Positions 39,515 through 53,568 of a stretch of 64,000 nt of DNA are shown here, in pieces (position 1 is the first letter of the stretch; each line of letters begins with the position of its first letter). A program made the position numbers and the translations under genes. The stretch comes from Eledone cirrhosa (Eukaryota). Below the pieces are notes generated by a model that worked only from the letters and a program-made list of their open reading frames with translations, had not been told where the DNA came from and ran no database searches. The stretch lies in assembly GCA_964016885.1 (NCBI GenBank), contig OZ024742.1:329406001-329470000 (forward strand). The letters run 5' to 3'.

Positions 39515-40426
39515 ATGTATGTATATATATATATATATATATAATTCAATTATATAACTCTGTATTTAACTAACACACACACACATATATATGGGTGTAT
39601 ATATGTGTTTTTCTGTTTGTATTTATTTTCTGGTGTATGTGTAGATGTGTGTGCACGTTCTCTCCTGTGTGTAATTATATATTCAGATGTGTATATTATG
39701 TGTAATTATATATGCGTGTATGTAGATGTTAATATATAGCCACGGAAAATTATTTATTTTCAGTTTCTATGTCAACGCACTCCTGTGCACATATATTCTT
39801 ATACATGATATCCATTATTTAAAAAAAAGCTAATCATATCCCTAGATATATGTATTCATCTAGAAAATTCTTTCAAATTACCTGTCATATATCCTTCGGT
39901 ATTGTCACATATATATGACAGAAAGATAATAATATTTGAAACCATGTAAAGTTATATTTATTTTCTTATTTTGTTAATGAAAGAATATATGACTTATCAT
40001 GTGGAATATTCTGTTGATCAAAAACACCTGCACAAAATCATTACATAAATTGACGAAATAAAACTCTGAAGTAGCTAGATCATTAGATGAAGGCCATTCT
40101 GGAGCACTGATTTGCAAAGCTTTCAGTCCATCACAAATACCTCATTATGTATTTCTTTCAAGGCTATCGATCTATTATATGGTCAAACCTCTAATATATA
40201 GGATGTACAGAAAGACACTCACAAACGTAAACACACATAAACACAAAATATTTTCGATAATCCTTTACCGTTTCTCTCTCCCAAATTTCACTCACAAACT
40301 TTGGTCAACCCAATGATATATAAAAGACACTTGTCCAATATACCACCAGGGGACAATGAGACCAGAATTTCATGGCAGTAAAACGAACTCTTGTAGTACG
40401 TAACCATACCGCTACCTTAAATATAC

Positions 40427-40521
<95 letters not shown>

Positions 40522-40754
40522 AAGGTTTACATATACAAACATTTTTTTTAGTAGAAAATGTTGAAGAGATTCTTTGAGTATAAATATCAACTAACAGAGA
40601 ACGAATGACAAACAAGGACAGAGATATGAACTCTCCTCTCTAAATATGTATGTAAAACCTAATCATTTTTCTTCCCCTATTTATTATTCGTATAAATAAG
40701 CAACATAACTACATTATGCATATCCGCAGTTGAAAAACCATATGATGCTGAAAC

Positions 40755-40934
40755 CGTGGATTGGCAGTATCGGTGGAGGGTCGGACGCCATGCTTTCAGC
40801 ATAGTTACGTCCCTTTACGATCTGAGTTCAAATCCCGCCGAGGTTGACTTTGCCTTTCATCCTTACGGGGTCGATAAAATAAAGTACCAGTAATGCACTG
40901 GGTAATTGCTGGCCTTGTGCCTAAAGTAGAAACA
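40755..40934 (+). mobile_element. SINE family A
   Basis: Nearly identical to 4383-4562. Confidence 0.9.
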
Positions 40935-41087
40935 AGTATTAAATGCGGAAATATCCACTTTATGAATAAATGTTTTGATATTATACTGAAAGAATCTCTT
41001 CAGCATTTTCTACTGAAAAAATCTTTTTCCTCTCTACTCTTTGTTTTTATATATATCAACTTGTGTGTTACTTTGCTGCATTCCATA

Positions 41088-41128
<41 letters not shown>

Positions 41129-42157
41129 AGTATGGAGTGTATATATTTGTGTGTGAGAATGTATATGTATGTGTGTGGTCTCGTTTCATAGCTTCAGCGA
41201 GATAGGTGGATCTCAACACCTTGCGACCTTTAACTTATTATACAATGAAACGTGGATTATATGGATGAATTCACCAGGTTAATGCTGATCGAAACATCGG
41301 TATCGGATGCAGCTAAAATGAAGAACACACAATCGTCAGGCGGGACCACAGTGTTGCCATTTGCTTGGTGCACAATAGAGAGAGAATCTACCTGCATGCA
41401 CAACCTACTAGAAATATCCTCCAATCTCACAAAATCACACGCCAGCTACTTGAAAAACGTAAGGACTTAATGGATAATAGGATCAGAAATACATGTAATA
41501 CGAAGTAATAATCAAGTATGTAAATGTTTTGATCCTTTCTCTGCCAGTTAATAAATATGTTCAACATAATCAGGTAATGTGGAATTCAAATAGCGAGGGA
41601 TCAAACAACAGTCCATTCACTTTCATATATAAGAAAAAAACCTATACGGTACAGAATGAATATATTTAAAAACAAAAATTGAGCACGATTGGACAAAACA
41701 AGACTAATCTATTCATACAGAATACATTTCAACTCAGGTAGCATACTGAAGGAAATTACATCATAAACAATGGAAAATCATCACATTACCTTTGAAAATC
41801 CCAATCTAAACCAATCTAATTTCCAAAGATCTTGGATGTATTAAATGCCGACCCTTATTTAACAAACAAAAATCAGATTATCTTTTTCCTTTAGCAAATT
41901 AATTCATTCTGAATTTATGTTTAATTTTTTACTATGTTATTTTCAGACTAAGGTTATGCGTGGTAAATACATGCCAAAGCGGCCATGCGAATGGATCTAA
42001 AAAATAATTTTCCTGGGAAGCGACGTTCTTAAAAGTACGTTCATGCTCAACGAGAATCTATGAAACTGCTCATTGTTATCCAAGAAAACAACATATTGGA
42101 TGTTTTTGAATTATGTGGGAACAATTGGAATGTCTTCTATAGAATGGCAATGATATA

Positions 42158-42209
<52 letters not shown>

Positions 42210-42351
42210 TCTCTGTTCCCACACACTTCTCACCCGAGGAAGGGCTTATGCCCGAAACGTCGTCCCCCACCAACACCCCACTCTCCAGAGCGTGAAATTA
42301 ATAAACATTCGTTGTACTGCCTCTCTGTTTTGTCCCTGTTCAAATTTTTCC

Positions 42352-42355
<4 letters not shown>
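42210..42355 (+). mobile_element. Solo 3' terminus (pLTR) of the Neptune-like family, with hammerhead core
   Basis: CCGAGGA-A-GGGCTTATGCCC-GAAACGTC, then gcgtgaa..aataaac..tactgcctctctgt..tgt.cctgt matching the reverse complement of 5700-5820. Confidence 0.75.
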
Positions 42356-42415
<60 letters not shown>

Positions 42416-42417
<2 letters not shown>

Positions 42418-42992
42418 AGGGTGTTAAAGTTTGCTTGAAGCATTGTGAAATGTGTAAAATACGTAGTTAAGAAAGCCACAACAATGCAGAGGGAAATCTC
42501 GAGGTAGGAAGTGAAAGATAGATAGGAAAAACAGGTGAAAGTGAAAATTGAGAGAGACAAAGATGAAAACAAAACAAAGGTAGAAGTGTTACCGTAGTGG
42601 AGATTTAATCCCAATATTTCGGGCTCACGCCCATCAACGGGGGAAGTTCCAAAAGGGGGGGGGGACAGGCCAAGCGGAGAAAGTTGTGATGTCGTTAAGA
42701 CAGGAATGCCGTTATGGGGAGAAAATTATTTAAAATTTAAACGAGGGAAAGAATGCGCGTGCGCGTGATAGGCTGTGGCAAAAGCTCCCCCCCCTTTTGG
42801 AACTTCCCCCGTTGATGGGCGTGAGCCCGAAATATTGGGATTAAATCTCCACTACGGTAACCCTTCTACCTTTGTTTTGTTTTCATCTTTGTCTCTCTCA
42901 ATTTTCACTTTCACCTGTTTTTCCTATCTATCTTTCACTTCCTACCTCGAGATTTCCCTCTGCATTGTTGTGGCTTTCTTAACTACGTATTT

Positions 42993-42993
<1 letters not shown>
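42416..42993. mobile_element. Fold-back element with ~210-bp arms and ~120-bp spacer
   Basis: 42456-42665 is inverted against 42787-42993. Each arm has ccc-CCGTTGA-T-GGGC-GTGA-GCCC-GAAA-TA-TT-GGGA. The left terminus cttgaagcattgtg is shared with 38730-38743. Confidence 0.85.
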
Positions 42994-43056
<63 letters not shown>

Positions 43057-45119
43057 TACATATATACATATATATTTATATATTAAACTCTGCTTGGTTG
43101 TTGTTGTTTACAATGCCAGTGAAAAGCTTGGTTTGTTTTTGTTCATTACATTTTTATGATGATGATGATGAGAATTTGTCTTTCTTAGCAATGTGTTTAC
43201 TCTATAAAACCCTTTTTCTAGATTTGTTTGGTTGCTTTCATAAGTATTTGTAAAATAGGCTTCAAAGTGGGCAATCGCAAGCATTGGAAAATACATGCTG
43301 GAGATATATTTTTTTCGCTTTAATTATTAATGAAAAATAAATTGAAAATCTCAGGAAAAAACATTCTTCACTTTTTTCGTTCTTCCTCATTTTTGTGTAG
43401 GTTTTTACTCATTTATATTATTTAGATATTTGTATTTCTTGTATATTCGTTTATTTATTTCCTACAAATGTGACAAAAAATATACAAACGTATGAAATAT
43501 ATCTACCTTACGAGCACATTTTATAGTATCTCGCTGATACTTCAATTGATTTAAGTTCAAAATCATACTGCAGACAAATATATATTACACATATGTGTAG
43601 TTGTTTGTGTTTATAATAACTTCTAGCACATTCAGTATCATTCATAACCTAATTGAATACGACAGGACAATGTATATATCATGTTTCAGAGCCATAGAGA
43701 AAGGGATAAAGTTATCGTTTAATATAGAACTTATAATACTTCGAAAGCAAGGGCTCTACTAACGTCACCCAACGATGAGTTGTTAAGGTGTTACTATTCA
43801 ATTGGGCGGTTTTTAGGGATAACAAGTAGAAAGCGCCGGGGTTTTTCGTGTCGATTTCCGTTCAGTTTCTGTTATCTGAATTTCGCTCGCACGAATTTGA
43901 TCCTCAAAAGGATATAATAGACAACACATGCACAATGTGCCGGTTAGTCAGATTGTAGCCTAAACTATGAAGTTGTGACACAAACTTCTTAACCCCATAA
44001 AAACATGTTTGCGTTAATATACGAGCTTATGCCATTATACAAACTGATATACATGGAGATGATTTTCATTTAATAGAATTAATGTTTACAAGTTTATTTC
44101 ACTTAATGATTTAATCAGTATTGAAATACTTCACGGACTGTTGTGAGATTATATATAGTTACAATAGATTGATTTTTCATGTAGATAGCCAAACGAAATA
44201 ATAAGATATTATGTAGTATAATACCAAAAGGATATCTTCGTCAGTGTTTGTTTAAGTTCGTTTCATATATCTAATCTGGGGGTGTGGTAGTAAATAATTA
44301 TGACATTAGCAGCAACTTAAATTTAAAAGACATCTTCCTGTGAATGCTCTTTACTCACACCTATACATTCCATATACATTTTTCCTTCTTCTCGTACTCT
44401 CCAGTTTATTTTATTGGAAGGGTGTTTTTCTTCATGAAATATATTTGTATAATATTTGTGATGAGAACTATCTTTGTTTCAGAATGATGCAGTACAATTT
44501 GCGTATGTTTTTTTTTAAATATCCTTCTGTCCTTCCGATAAAGCTTCTGCTGTCAGCCTATCAATTATTGTGATTGGAGTTAATATTTGTAAAGTGCATT
44601 GGCCTCTATATTTCCATTTGTATACATCATTAGCGGGGTTTGCTCGTTTGAAACGTTTCTCAAGCTCTAATTAATTCAAATGTTCAGATTGAGATCATCA
44701 GAAAAGAAATCGTTGGCAGTTTGACAGAGCACACTGCCTGATAACATGGCCAAACATGACTAAATGATATATATTTTGTTGAATTGAACATTAATACTCA
44801 CAGAGCAGCAACGCAAAATGTCTACAGATATTTAGTAAGTAAGCAGAATTAAATTCATATATTCGTTATACTTTAATATAGTACAGTGTCATTCTGACAT
44901 GCTATTATAATTATTGTCACTACAATCAATACATTTACTTTCTAAAACAATTTCATTTCAGGTAACTACACACCGTTTCACTCAAACTCACAACTATCTG
45001 CAACTTTATCTATGTATCTGCCTGGCTGCCTATTTATCAGATTCATTCTCTCCACACCCTCTTTCTCTGTACAATTCTTTCTCTCTCTCACTTCCTCACT
45101 CTTTATATATATATATATA

Positions 45120-46900
45120 TAATCAACAAAGGCGACGGCCTACTACCAACGCCTCCAACCAACATCTTCCTGTACATAAGCATAGAAGGAAGAAGAGTGC
45201 ACCTGAGCATAAAGTGAAAGGGGCACATAACGGGCTACAACGCATTAACATGCAAAAGAACGGTCACCTTGATGGAATCACCCGTAGCAAACGTACAAGG
45301 ACACGTAATCGCTACCGTAAAATGCTATGGTTCCATCCCCCAAAACTCTCGGAGTGTGGCCACCAAATATACCCCGGATATCCTTCGAAGCCTTAGAGAA
45401 GAACTTCCCACCCAAACATAGGTATAGAAAAAGTCCTTAATAGGAACAATATAAAAATATGCTTCTCTACTACTCCTAACCTAGCAGACATCATAGGAAC
45501 AACTAACCACAGTAAGATCACCAAGACACAGCACCTTGGCACAGACGCACCTACACCTGACAATACCTATATCGGCCTTAACGACTCCCTAGCAGCATCC
45601 AATAGTGCTGGTAACAGCCTCTACAGACGACACCAGCATAACCGCGCCATGACTGGGGAACATGCAGGACATGACGTGCGGAATAATAATGGTACCACCT
45701 CGCACACAGTGGGTTATAATGGTGCTAACGACAGGTGCGGGAGCGTAGATAACAACGTAGATAGCAATAATTGTTTCTACTTTAGGCACAAGGCCAGCAA
45801 TTACCCAGTCTATTACTGGTACTTTATTTTATCGAACCCGTAAGGATGAAAGGCAAAGTAAACGTCGGCGGGATTTGAACTCAGACTGTAAAGGGACGTA
45901 ACTATGCTGGAAAGCATGGTGTCCGACTCTCTATCGATACTGCCAATCCACCGAGCAATAGTGATAGTCTTAACGTGGGAATTAGAAGGAACCGCAACAG
46001 AAATTGCAACTGCCGCGACAGGAGACGCTGCCCCTTTAGCGGATACTGTTTGACTGATAGGGTTATATATAGGTGCACTGTAACTAGCCACAATAGCGTT
46101 AAACATTATATTGGAGCTACCTCTGGCCCGTTCAAAATTAGATTTCGAGCACATCTCCACTCTTTCACAAATAAGAAATTAAGACACTTCACTCGCGGAC
46201 TACATCACATCTTTAAAATACTTAAACATCAGCTTCTCCATGCACTGGGATATTGTCGGCAGGGCTGTACCGTACAACTTCAAGAGGAAGTGTGATCTTT
46301 GCCTCATGGAGCTCTACGACATCATAACTGCACCCCGCGAGCTCATCAACAGCAGAGCTTTAAATGACGATAAGCTGTACACATCGCTAAAAAATATTCT
46401 TCTTCAGATGTGATAAGGATGAGGAGTGAAACCGTACACCGGGTCTCCCTGCAACAAGCTTTAATACCCCGGCGGACAGGCGCTGAAAAACACATCCGGA
46501 AACTAACCATGCATCCCAGACCCAGCTTCAAATGACCCAGGCTGGCAGGTGCAGCGAACCAACATCTCAAAATAAGCGTTGATTACCTGACCCTGTGCGT
46601 ATCGACAATGGTAAGGTTGTAACCACATCTTGTGACAGATAAACAATTTGTCCAGGAAAGACTGCCCTAACACCGGCCAGAGTTACCTCCCTTGACCTAC
46701 TGCAAAATCAAAACACGCTTTTTTGCGAAGAATGAACTCTGACGTGAACTTACCCCCAAAACACTTTCCGAGCCATGTAAGGAACACTTTCAGTTATTTA
46801 TACCCTTGAGAAGCCCATCGGGGCGAAACGTACGTAGGTGCTTTTTTAAATAAACATATATTAACGGTCTGTTCTCCGATTTCCTACTTTTCCACGTATA
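45120..46900 (+). mobile_element. Decayed Naiad-like PLE (linker, GIY-YIG, 3' UTR), interrupted by a SINE
   Basis: LWFHPP, KICFSTTPNL, CNCRDRRRCPFSGYC..VIY..YIGATSGPFKIRF..H, CDLCLME. Terminal atacc-CTTGAGAA-GCCC-ATCG-GGGC-GAAA-CGTACG-TA-ggtg (46800-46840). Confidence 0.8.
45770..45953 (-). mobile_element. SINE family A nested in the PLE
   Basis: Reverse complement of family A; AGCAATA duplicated at 45763-45769 and 45954-45960. Confidence 0.88.
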
Positions 46901-46914
46901 TGTATATATATATA

Positions 46915-47000
46915 TGCAAATCCGGCTGATCAGTTGATTTGATAACAAGCAGATCTGACTGATCAGTGGATCTGCCAATATGCAAATCAGGCCGATCTGT
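46915..47000. repeat. Three diverged ~31-bp tandem repeats
   Basis: gcaaatccggctgatcagt / gcagatctgactgatcagt / gcaaatcaggccgatctgt. Confidence 0.5.
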
Positions 47001-47299
47001 ATAATTTAGTAAATAGCATATATTTTCTCTAGCTCTGGTAGTTGGCAGGTGCCCAGTGAGCTGTACTGATGATGGGTGATGTCCAGAAATATTAGTGTCT
47101 GCAGTTGTTTACATGCCAACACAAGAGCAATAATGAAGGGTTCATTCTACTGACATGGCCTTAAAAATGAGGCGGGTTTGCATAATTCCAAACAAATCGA
47201 ATGTTATCATTACTATTCGAAACACTCAAATTACATTTATATATATATATATATTAGTTTTGCGAGGTTTTTGATATGAAATCGTGTGTCGAAAAAAAT

Positions 47300-49469
47300 A
47301 TCGTTATATTTGGGGAAGGTCATATTGTTGTAATAATATTGCCAGAATTAATATCAGAACACACTCACTGTTCACTTTTGTATCTTTTATATCAGTTGAT
47401 TTAGTCGGTACTCAATGTTTACCATTGACTGACCAACGGTCAAAAATACAGATATAATATAGACACAAACACATATATATATATAGTCTAACAAAGTTCT
47501 TTCGTTGCACATCTGCCACATCGTCAGTGGGGCTATTATGTTTCCTCCTGTTGTATTGTATGTCTACGCCATCTTTATTTAATATGTTTATTTATTTATT
47601 TATTTATTTTATCTTCTTCTCTGCACATGCGTTTGCGTGTGTGTATAGTGTTTGATGTTTGTTCACGTTTGGGTGACTGTGTTTTGGTTATTGTATATTA
47701 TCTTAGATTACTAATGTATGTTTATATTTGTTTGTTGTTATTGTGCTCGTGTATATATGTATTTATTTATTTATATTCTCTTAGGTCAGTATTGTTTGTT
47801 TGGGTGTTGTTATTCCATTCATTTTTTTCTGTTTAGCTTTGACCTTCTAAGTTCTATTTCACTGGCCTCCCATGATAAGGTGGATTGGGTGAACCAAAGC
47901 CATACAGACACCCCACAACAATGATCAGATAACAAAAATGGTCGCACATGCAATAGGGCTAGTATTAAAACTACCTAAAGAGCCACATATTCAAATTCAA
48001 CGAGAAGATCTACATCCAAAATGAGGGAGCAGCCATTGGCGTCAGCACGGCTGATGACGTTGCTAACATGTTTATGGTATGGTGGGAAAGGAGACTCAAA
48101 GATCTTCTTGATGAGAGCTCCATATACCTCATCATGTACTCTCGTTACGTAGACGACATTAATATAGTAATAAGGACATCCCCACAAGAGAGTACTAACA
48201 AGTATGATTTAGAATGTAGCACGATGGAAAGCATCCAGCAGATAGCTAATTCCATACACCAGAGTATAACTGTAACTAACGAATACCCTTCCAAACACCC
48301 TAACAATAGACTACCTGTATTAGACACGGAACTCTGGATTAACACTATAGACAAAAGAGCCCAAACTCTGCACTCACACTACGCTAAACCCATGGCCTCC
48401 AAATACCTGATACTCAAAAACTCAGCAATGTCCAGTCGTGCTAAGTTTAATATTCTGATCGTAGATTTGGTACGAGTGATGAAGAACGTGTCCCGCATGT
48501 GCGACCCAACAGAAATGGAAAGACACATCCGACACTTCATCAATCGCATGCAGTTCTCTGGCTACAACCAACGAGGCAGAATCAGAGTATACGAAGGAGC
48601 CACGGAGAAGTATAAGACCCTCATAGAACTGCATATGAAAGGAATTTGTCCATTATACAGGAGAAAATCATGGAATAGTTTAGATTGGACTAGACATAAG
48701 ATAGGGAAAGCCACCTCATTGTACGACAACCAGAGATACCAGAGTGTCATGTTCGTGGACGCTATCCCTGGAGGGAAATTAGCTAACCAGTGTAGAAAGG
48801 ACCCGAGAAAGACCCACTTAAAGATTAAGGTGGTAGAAAAGCCAGGAACCGCCATAAAATTCCTGATCAGCAAGACATACCCTTTTAAGAAGACCCACTG
48901 TACTAATAGGAATGGTATTATATGTAGAGTAAACCCCCGTATACACTGTACAACTAGAAACTTAGTCTATAGTATAAGATGTACACTGATCTAAGAGAAG
49001 TATAAATAAATAAATAAATAAATGTATACACAAGCACAATAAACACAAATAAACACACACTAGTAAACTAAGATAGAATACAATATCCAATACACAGTCA
49101 CCCAAACGCGAACACACATAAAACACTATACACACACGCAAACGCAGGCGCATATAAGAAGACAAAAATAAATAAATAAATAAACAGATTAAATAAAGAT
49201 GGCGCAGATATACAATACAACAGGAGGAACACAATGCCATCACTGACGATGTTGCAGATGTGCAACGAAAGAATGTGTAGACTATATATATGTTTTTGTG
49301 TCTATATTATATCTGTATTTTTGACCGTTGGTCAGTCAATGGTAAACATTGAGTACTGAATAAATCAACTGATACAAAAGATACAGAAGCGAAAACCAAC
49401 CAAACAGTGAGTGTGTTCTGTTATTAACTCTGGCAATATTATTACAACAATATGACCCTCCCCAAGTAT

Positions 49470-49478
<9 letters not shown>
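47300..49478 (+). mobile_element. PLE with inverted pLTRs flanking a truncated RT ORF
   Basis: 47300-47790 is the diverged reverse complement of 48985-49478. Both copies carry CTGACGA-T-GT(T/G)GCA-GATG-TGCAAC-GAAA (49243-49270 on +, ~47500-47527 on -). Confidence 0.85.
48068..48994 (+). CDS. PLE reverse transcriptase C-terminal half and linker (truncated; homology extends upstream to ~47860)
   Basis: Upstream FKFNEKIYIQNEGAAIG. In the ORF: SRYVDDI, LPVLDTELW, HYAKPMAS, MQFSGY, KVVEKPG, C..C..C NLVYSIRC, then truncated before YIG. Confidence 0.85.
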   Translation: MFMVWWERRLKDLLDESSIYLIMYSRYVDDINIVIRTSPQESTNKYDLECSTMESIQQIANSIHQSITVTNEYPSKHPNNRLPVLDTELWINTIDKRAQTLHSHYAKPMASKYLILKNSAMSSRAKFNILIVDLVRVMKNVSRMCDPTEMERHIRHFINRMQFSGYNQRGRIRVYEGATEKYKTLIELHMKGICPLYRRKSWNSLDWTRHKIGKATSLYDNQRYQSVMFVDAIPGGKLANQCRKDPRKTHLKIKVVEKPGTAIKFLISKTYPFKKTHCTNRNGIICRVNPRIHCTTRNLVYSIRCTLI

Positions 49479-49559
<81 letters not shown>

Positions 49560-49560
<1 letters not shown>

Positions 49561-52195
49561 AAGAAGTTTATGGAATGGAAATGCGGGTATAAAGAATTTA
49601 TTAGGTAACAATTGTTTCTATAGTGTGTGGGGTACCTATACCTCGCTATTTGTATAATATAAAAAATATTATCATAAATCGTAGGTACACTGTAAGAGAA
49701 CACACCATGTCGTCAGACCTTTATGGTAGAATGGTACGAGAATATTTTACACACTAGATATGTGAGAAAGTAGGAGGTAGGAAGGGAAGAGGAAGAGGGA
49801 AGCGAGTAAGGGGGAGGTAGTCTTAAGATTCAAGACTGTCAGAGTAGTAGAGATTGTATAGAAGAAAATGTTTTGGCAGCAGTTAGCTAAATGAGGCGTG
49901 TTAGGGTTGGCGGGGGAAGTAAATTCTTCTAGTGGTGTTGTTTGGACAAAATTTAGTTAAAGGGGTCAATGTAGTACATAATTATAGATAAGTTATTGGG
50001 GCTATTATAGTAGCAGGATATTTCTAAAGGGGTCTAAAAAACAGTGTTTAGTGCTATTATTATAAAAAGCCATATCGTGTGTATAACCATATAAACATAT
50101 GAAATAAAAATAATAAAAATTTGCAAATGGTGGTGTAAAAAGATAACATTACATGCATTTAAAAAAAGAAAAAAATCGTGTTTAAACGATGGTTACAGTA
50201 AAGTGAACGTTCAATTTTGCTGTTCAAAAGTTTGTTTTCCGACGTTAAAATGCAGTATATCTCCATATTGCATAATTTACAAAATCGGTGATTTTGCTTA
50301 TATACTGGCGCAACTGCAATAATTTGCAATCAAGGGAGAATGCTTGATCGTTCTTCCGAAGCTACCAGGCTTTATCGGCGAGGGTTGTTACGGAGCGCAT
50401 TTTCTCATGCTTGATCGAAGATAGATGTTGGTATAGGCAAGCTTTGAAAGATGTTGCGGTACATCCGACGTAAAACCATTTGTTGGTTCCGGAATTTATT
50501 GTACATCGGTAGACAATATTGCGTGTTAGGCATCGGTTATTCAATGGGCACAAACCTGGTTTAGTGCAGTTACCATTATTTTTATGTTTTGCAGTAGTAT
50601 CCTGGATAGTTTGGTGGGGTTGTAGCTGCGTGTTAGTGCGTTGTATGTCGCTATGTTGGTGCGCTGTGTCATTAGGGATGTACTTATTTAGTATTGTTGA
50701 GTTGACATTTTTAATTAGTTGTTCTATGTTAGGTGCAGTGGAGCATGACAGTCTAATGGTGCGCGAGTTTAAGATTTTATAGTATTTATGTGAAGTTGTA
50801 AAGTGTTTATTGATCAGTGTATAGAATTGTGAGATAATCTTAGTGCTAATAGAAATATTGTACACGGGGTTATACCATATGTACTCTCTACGTCTAACTA
50901 TTTGCTGGTTTACACCTATTATTATGCCTATTAATATGTCTGTGTGGTGCAATACTAGTTCGACTTAGATGTGATTTATTCATAGTACCTATGTGGTTAT
51001 CTTCTAGATATTCTATTTTCTCGCAGTAACCAGCTTTTCTAAGTGCGTCGTTATAATACTCAGCATGCTCGTTTGAAGGTCTGCAAATTAGACGATAGTC
51101 GGGAGATCCTTATGGATATATTTTTAGGGATAGATTTAATAATGGAATGGGGATGGTTCGATCTTACATTAACGTACTTGAGATTTTCATTAAGTTTGTG
51201 AAATGGCTTTATATTACCGTTATTAAGGTTGAAGGTGACATCCAATAAATTGACCACTTTAAGATTGTGTTCGAAGGTAATACTAAGTCCTAGTTCTAAG
51301 AAAAGTTTCCTAATGTTTTTACGTCGCCTTTCTAGGTTTTGTTTGTTCATATTTTTGACTAATAGGAGTGCATCATCACGGTAGATTCCGCCGTGGAGGT
51401 CAATAAATTCGCTCTAGACTCTGTGAGCTATATAGATTCCAACCAAATCCGTAACTTCCGCCGAATCATTAGAACCCATCGTAATGTCAAATTCCGAGGG
51501 TCTATTTCTGCGGACCCAATAACTATTTTCAAAATGGACTACTGTGCGTCTAGCTTCAAGTATAATATTAATATCCTCGTTTGTGAGGTCCGAGTTAGCC
51601 TTAGCGAATGAGAGGGCCTTATGCAGAGTTTCAGGTGAAATAGAGGAATAGTATTCATCTATATCGAATTGAATAAAAGAAGATTTGTTTTTGTCACTGA
51701 TGTTATTGAACCAACTTATTGCCTGTTGAGTATTACCCCATAATTTAATATCTACCTTAGCCTTAACTTGAGGGATAATACGATCTAATATGTACTTACT
51801 GATTCTACCTATATCAGATTTTGAAGGACATATCAATCTAATTTTAGGGTTAGTATCGAAGTTAGCCTTATGGTCCTTCAAATTAAAAGTCGGTGTAGCG
51901 GGAGATGGGGGTTCCGTTCTGTCGTCGATTTTCAGTTTCTTAACAATATCACATGCTGCGTTGTTAATGTTGGTTAGTGTAGTTGCGTTGGTTTTTTTGT
52001 ACTTCGTATGTAATTCCTTACGTATAAAATTATTATATGTTTCTACATCTAGGGTATATAGATTCGATGTTTTGTCTGCCTTTACAATAATTCCTTTGGT
52101 ATTTCTTAAGTTGTCGAGAAGTCGGATTTTAAAGCATATTTTATTATACGTTGAGCAATCTCCGACGTCGGTTGACTCCATCCAATGCGACTACC
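49560..52195 (-). mobile_element. Naiad-like PLE with RT and GIY-YIG, frameshifted
   Basis: VKADKT, LKDHK.NF..NPKIRLICP, FDIDEYY, FDITMGSNDSAEV.DLVG, GGIYRDDAL, NLLDVTF, SNHP, WYNP, NC...CPLNNRC, IVY..YVG, CKLC.ME, CNH (~50185). Confidence 0.92.
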
Positions 52196-52225
52196 TAGTA
52201 ACATTGGAGTACATATTTATTAATT

Positions 52226-52271
<46 letters not shown>

Positions 52272-52273
<2 letters not shown>

Positions 52274-52441
52274 CGAAGGAAATGTGGTAAGGAAGCAGGT
52301 GGGCCACAAGGCTCCACATTACTCGACACTTAGGGTAGTAAGTGGGTAATAGGAAGAGAGTCAGGACCCCGTCGACTGTGCTCCAGCCGTTTCGATAGTT
52401 AGATCCGGCCGGAGCTCAGCCGTCGGCGTCCTGACTATTTT

Positions 52442-52445
<4 letters not shown>
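52272..52445 (-). mobile_element. Family F2 mini-element with a short fold-back
   Basis: agtcaggaccccgtcgactgtgctcc..ggagctcagccgtcggcgtcctgact inverted pair; F2 tail on -; (TA)n flanks. Confidence 0.65.
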
Positions 52446-52537
<92 letters not shown>

Positions 52538-52567
52538 CATACATATATATATTTATATATATATTAT

Positions 52568-53098
52568 TATACTTTGGGAGGGTCATGTTGCCAATAAGAA
52601 ACACACGCACCACTGCTTCACTCTAATTTATTATAAATTAAATTATAAATTTAAAAAATTCATAAATATCCGGTTGGTTGGTTCCATAACCGGACGGTTG
52701 TTCATATATTGTCAACGTTCTTTCGTCACACATGCTGTGACCTCATCTGTGACTGGGGATTATTTTCTTTGTTTTGTGCCTCTCCTTTGTTCTGTCCTAC
52801 GCCATCTTGTTTTTGTGTGTGTTGTGCGCTTAGTTTGCGCATATGTTACATCGGTGTTTCTGTGTGTGTTTTTATTTGTTTATTTACATGTTACTGGTTG
52901 GTTGTTTGTTCTATGTGTGTGTGTGTTTTCATTTTTTCCTTAATTGTATGTTGTAATGTTGCTATTCCATTCATGTTTTCTATTTAATTTTGGTTGGAGT
53001 TCATTTATGTTTATTACCTCTGTGATCTTTCTAAACACTGCGTCTTTTCTGTGTGTAGATTTTATTTTTATTTCTATGGTCTTTAATTTGCCCTTATG

Positions 53099-53100
<2 letters not shown>
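52568..53100 (-). mobile_element. Solo pLTR related to the 47300/49478 family, hammerhead variant
   Basis: tttgggagggtcat terminus and ctacgccatctt are shared with 47300-47580. Minus strand GTCA-CAGATGA-G-GTCACA-GCATG-TGTGAC-GAAA-GAACGT-TGAC (~52711-52752). Confidence 0.65.
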
Positions 53101-53156
<56 letters not shown>

Positions 53157-53527
53157 TGTTATAAAGCCTTAATAAAAAGACGTTCAAGTGTCTCAAGGCA
53201 GTCAGTCATCAGGACGAGTTATAATATACAATTAAATTAAATCACTACAACGATTTCATAAAATTAATATGTGCTATCGCTGGCGCGTAAGTTAACATCA
53301 TTTTTTCAATTCGCCAACTTATGAGGGATCCCCCATAATAAGGCGAACTGAAGTGTTGCTGTTACCTATCAATATAACGAAACGCACGTATTCGACATAT
53401 ACATTCGTTGCAGCAATTTAATTGAATTATATATATTAATATATATTTATATACGTTAATATATTAATATATATATGTGTGTGTGCGTGTGTATTGAAGG
53501 TGAGTGATATGTATGTTTGTGTGTGTA

Positions 53528-53568
<41 letters not shown>

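Noticed and set aside
41250-41860. Coding-looking A-rich segment (similar ones at 1140-1530, 31400-32200, 60400-60990)
   Set aside because: No sustained ORF, splice pattern or recognisable motif. Decayed TE sequence or small host exons cannot be excluded.
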